Under the pieces are notes generated by a model, which was not told where the DNA came from, made no database searches, and was given only the letters and a program-made list of their open reading frames with translations. From the NCBI GenBank assembly GCA_964404075.1, contig CAYOIM010000001.1, forward strand, positions 1 to 54,081: 54,081 nt of DNA, read 5' to 3'. The stretch's first letter is position 1. The number at the start of each line of letters is the position of its first letter. Position numbers and translations under genes: made by a program. The stretch is from an uncultured Bdellovibrionales bacterium (lineage in GTDB: Bacteria; Patescibacteriota; Minisyncoccia; Moranbacterales; UBA1568). Of the stretch, positions 53,933 to 54,081 are shown in pieces.

Positions 53933-53961
53933 ATACTACATTATTTTCACGATTTTGTCAA
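53933..53961 (-). promoter_or_regulatory. fic promoter candidate (near-leaderless) within a TTTTCACG repeat region
   Basis: The minus strand reads TTGACA (53961-53956), 17 nt, TAGTAT (53938-53933), 6 nt, ATG (53926). TTTTCACG occurs at 53945-53952 and 53996-54003, and inverted at 53968-53975. Confidence 0.5.
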
Positions 53962-54009
53962 TATAACCGTGAAAAATACCATGAATTATAACTATTTTCA
54001 CGGTTTTGT

Positions 54010-54081
54010 CTACAACTCCCCCGCGAAAGCCTTTTTCAGCAACGATTTCTTCAACTCCTCCAGATCCGCCAGCTTCTGCCG
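54010..54081 (-). CDS. hsdS: 3' end of a type I restriction-modification specificity subunit-like gene (partial, enters from the right edge)
   Basis: The minus strand reads ...RQKLADLEELKKSLLKKAFAGEL, with stop TAG at 54012-54010. The LKxSLLxKAFxGEL ending is typical of HsdS C-termini. Only 23 codons are visible. Confidence 0.45.
   Translation of the reverse strand, partial: RQKLADLEELKKSLLKKAFAGEL

Overview
This is a 54-kb, almost fully coding fragment of a compact bacterial genome. It uses the standard code: UGA is a stop, for example at prfA 8576-8578. The gene content suggests a Patescibacteria/CPR-like organism, but that is inference only. The supporting content is short housekeeping genes, many envelope glycosyltransferases including two GT39/PMT-like paralogues, MreB/MurA/FtsQ, partial glycolysis (gap-fba-tpiA) and many orphan ORFs.

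Layout:
- 1-13.5 kb: mixed-strand housekeeping (GT2 fragment, GH1 beta-glucosidase, tRNA-Glu locus, tsaD, tRNA-Tyr/Thr, tsf-rpsB, rpmE-prfA-prmC, WecA/MraY-like gene).
- 13.7-27.5 kb: accessory block. It holds a 786-aa membrane protein and a minus-strand cluster of seven ORFs: five orphans, a TraD/VirD4-like coupling ATPase and a PilX-N/RCC1 propeller protein.
- 27.6-31.3 kb: two GT39 paralogues.
- 31.4-52.5 kb: one long minus-strand housekeeping run (ftsQ, holB, two GT1, mreB, murA, CAP, trxB, gdh, CsoR-like, amidohydrolase, gap, fba, tpiA, galT-like, GT2, ruvX, map, adk, DUF2238, cspA, cupin).
- 52.5-54.1 kb: a decayed defence/mobile corner (rhuM pseudogene, fic, end of hsdS).

I saw no rRNA, CRISPR array, transposase, integrase or reverse transcriptase.

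Best candidates for something new:
1. The orphan cluster around the coupling-type ATPase (16.2-27.5 kb).
2. A complete tRNA-Glu enclosed by a 19-bp long-range helix that is itself flanked by tRNA 5'- and 3'-half-like segments.
3. Several repeat families. These are ACAGCGG-type palindromes (one inserted in frame in tsaD), identical 4x7-nt arrays inside coding regions, and hairpins with unrelated stems but a conserved covarying loop.

All coordinates of hairpins and repeats were derived by hand. No database search or folding program was run.
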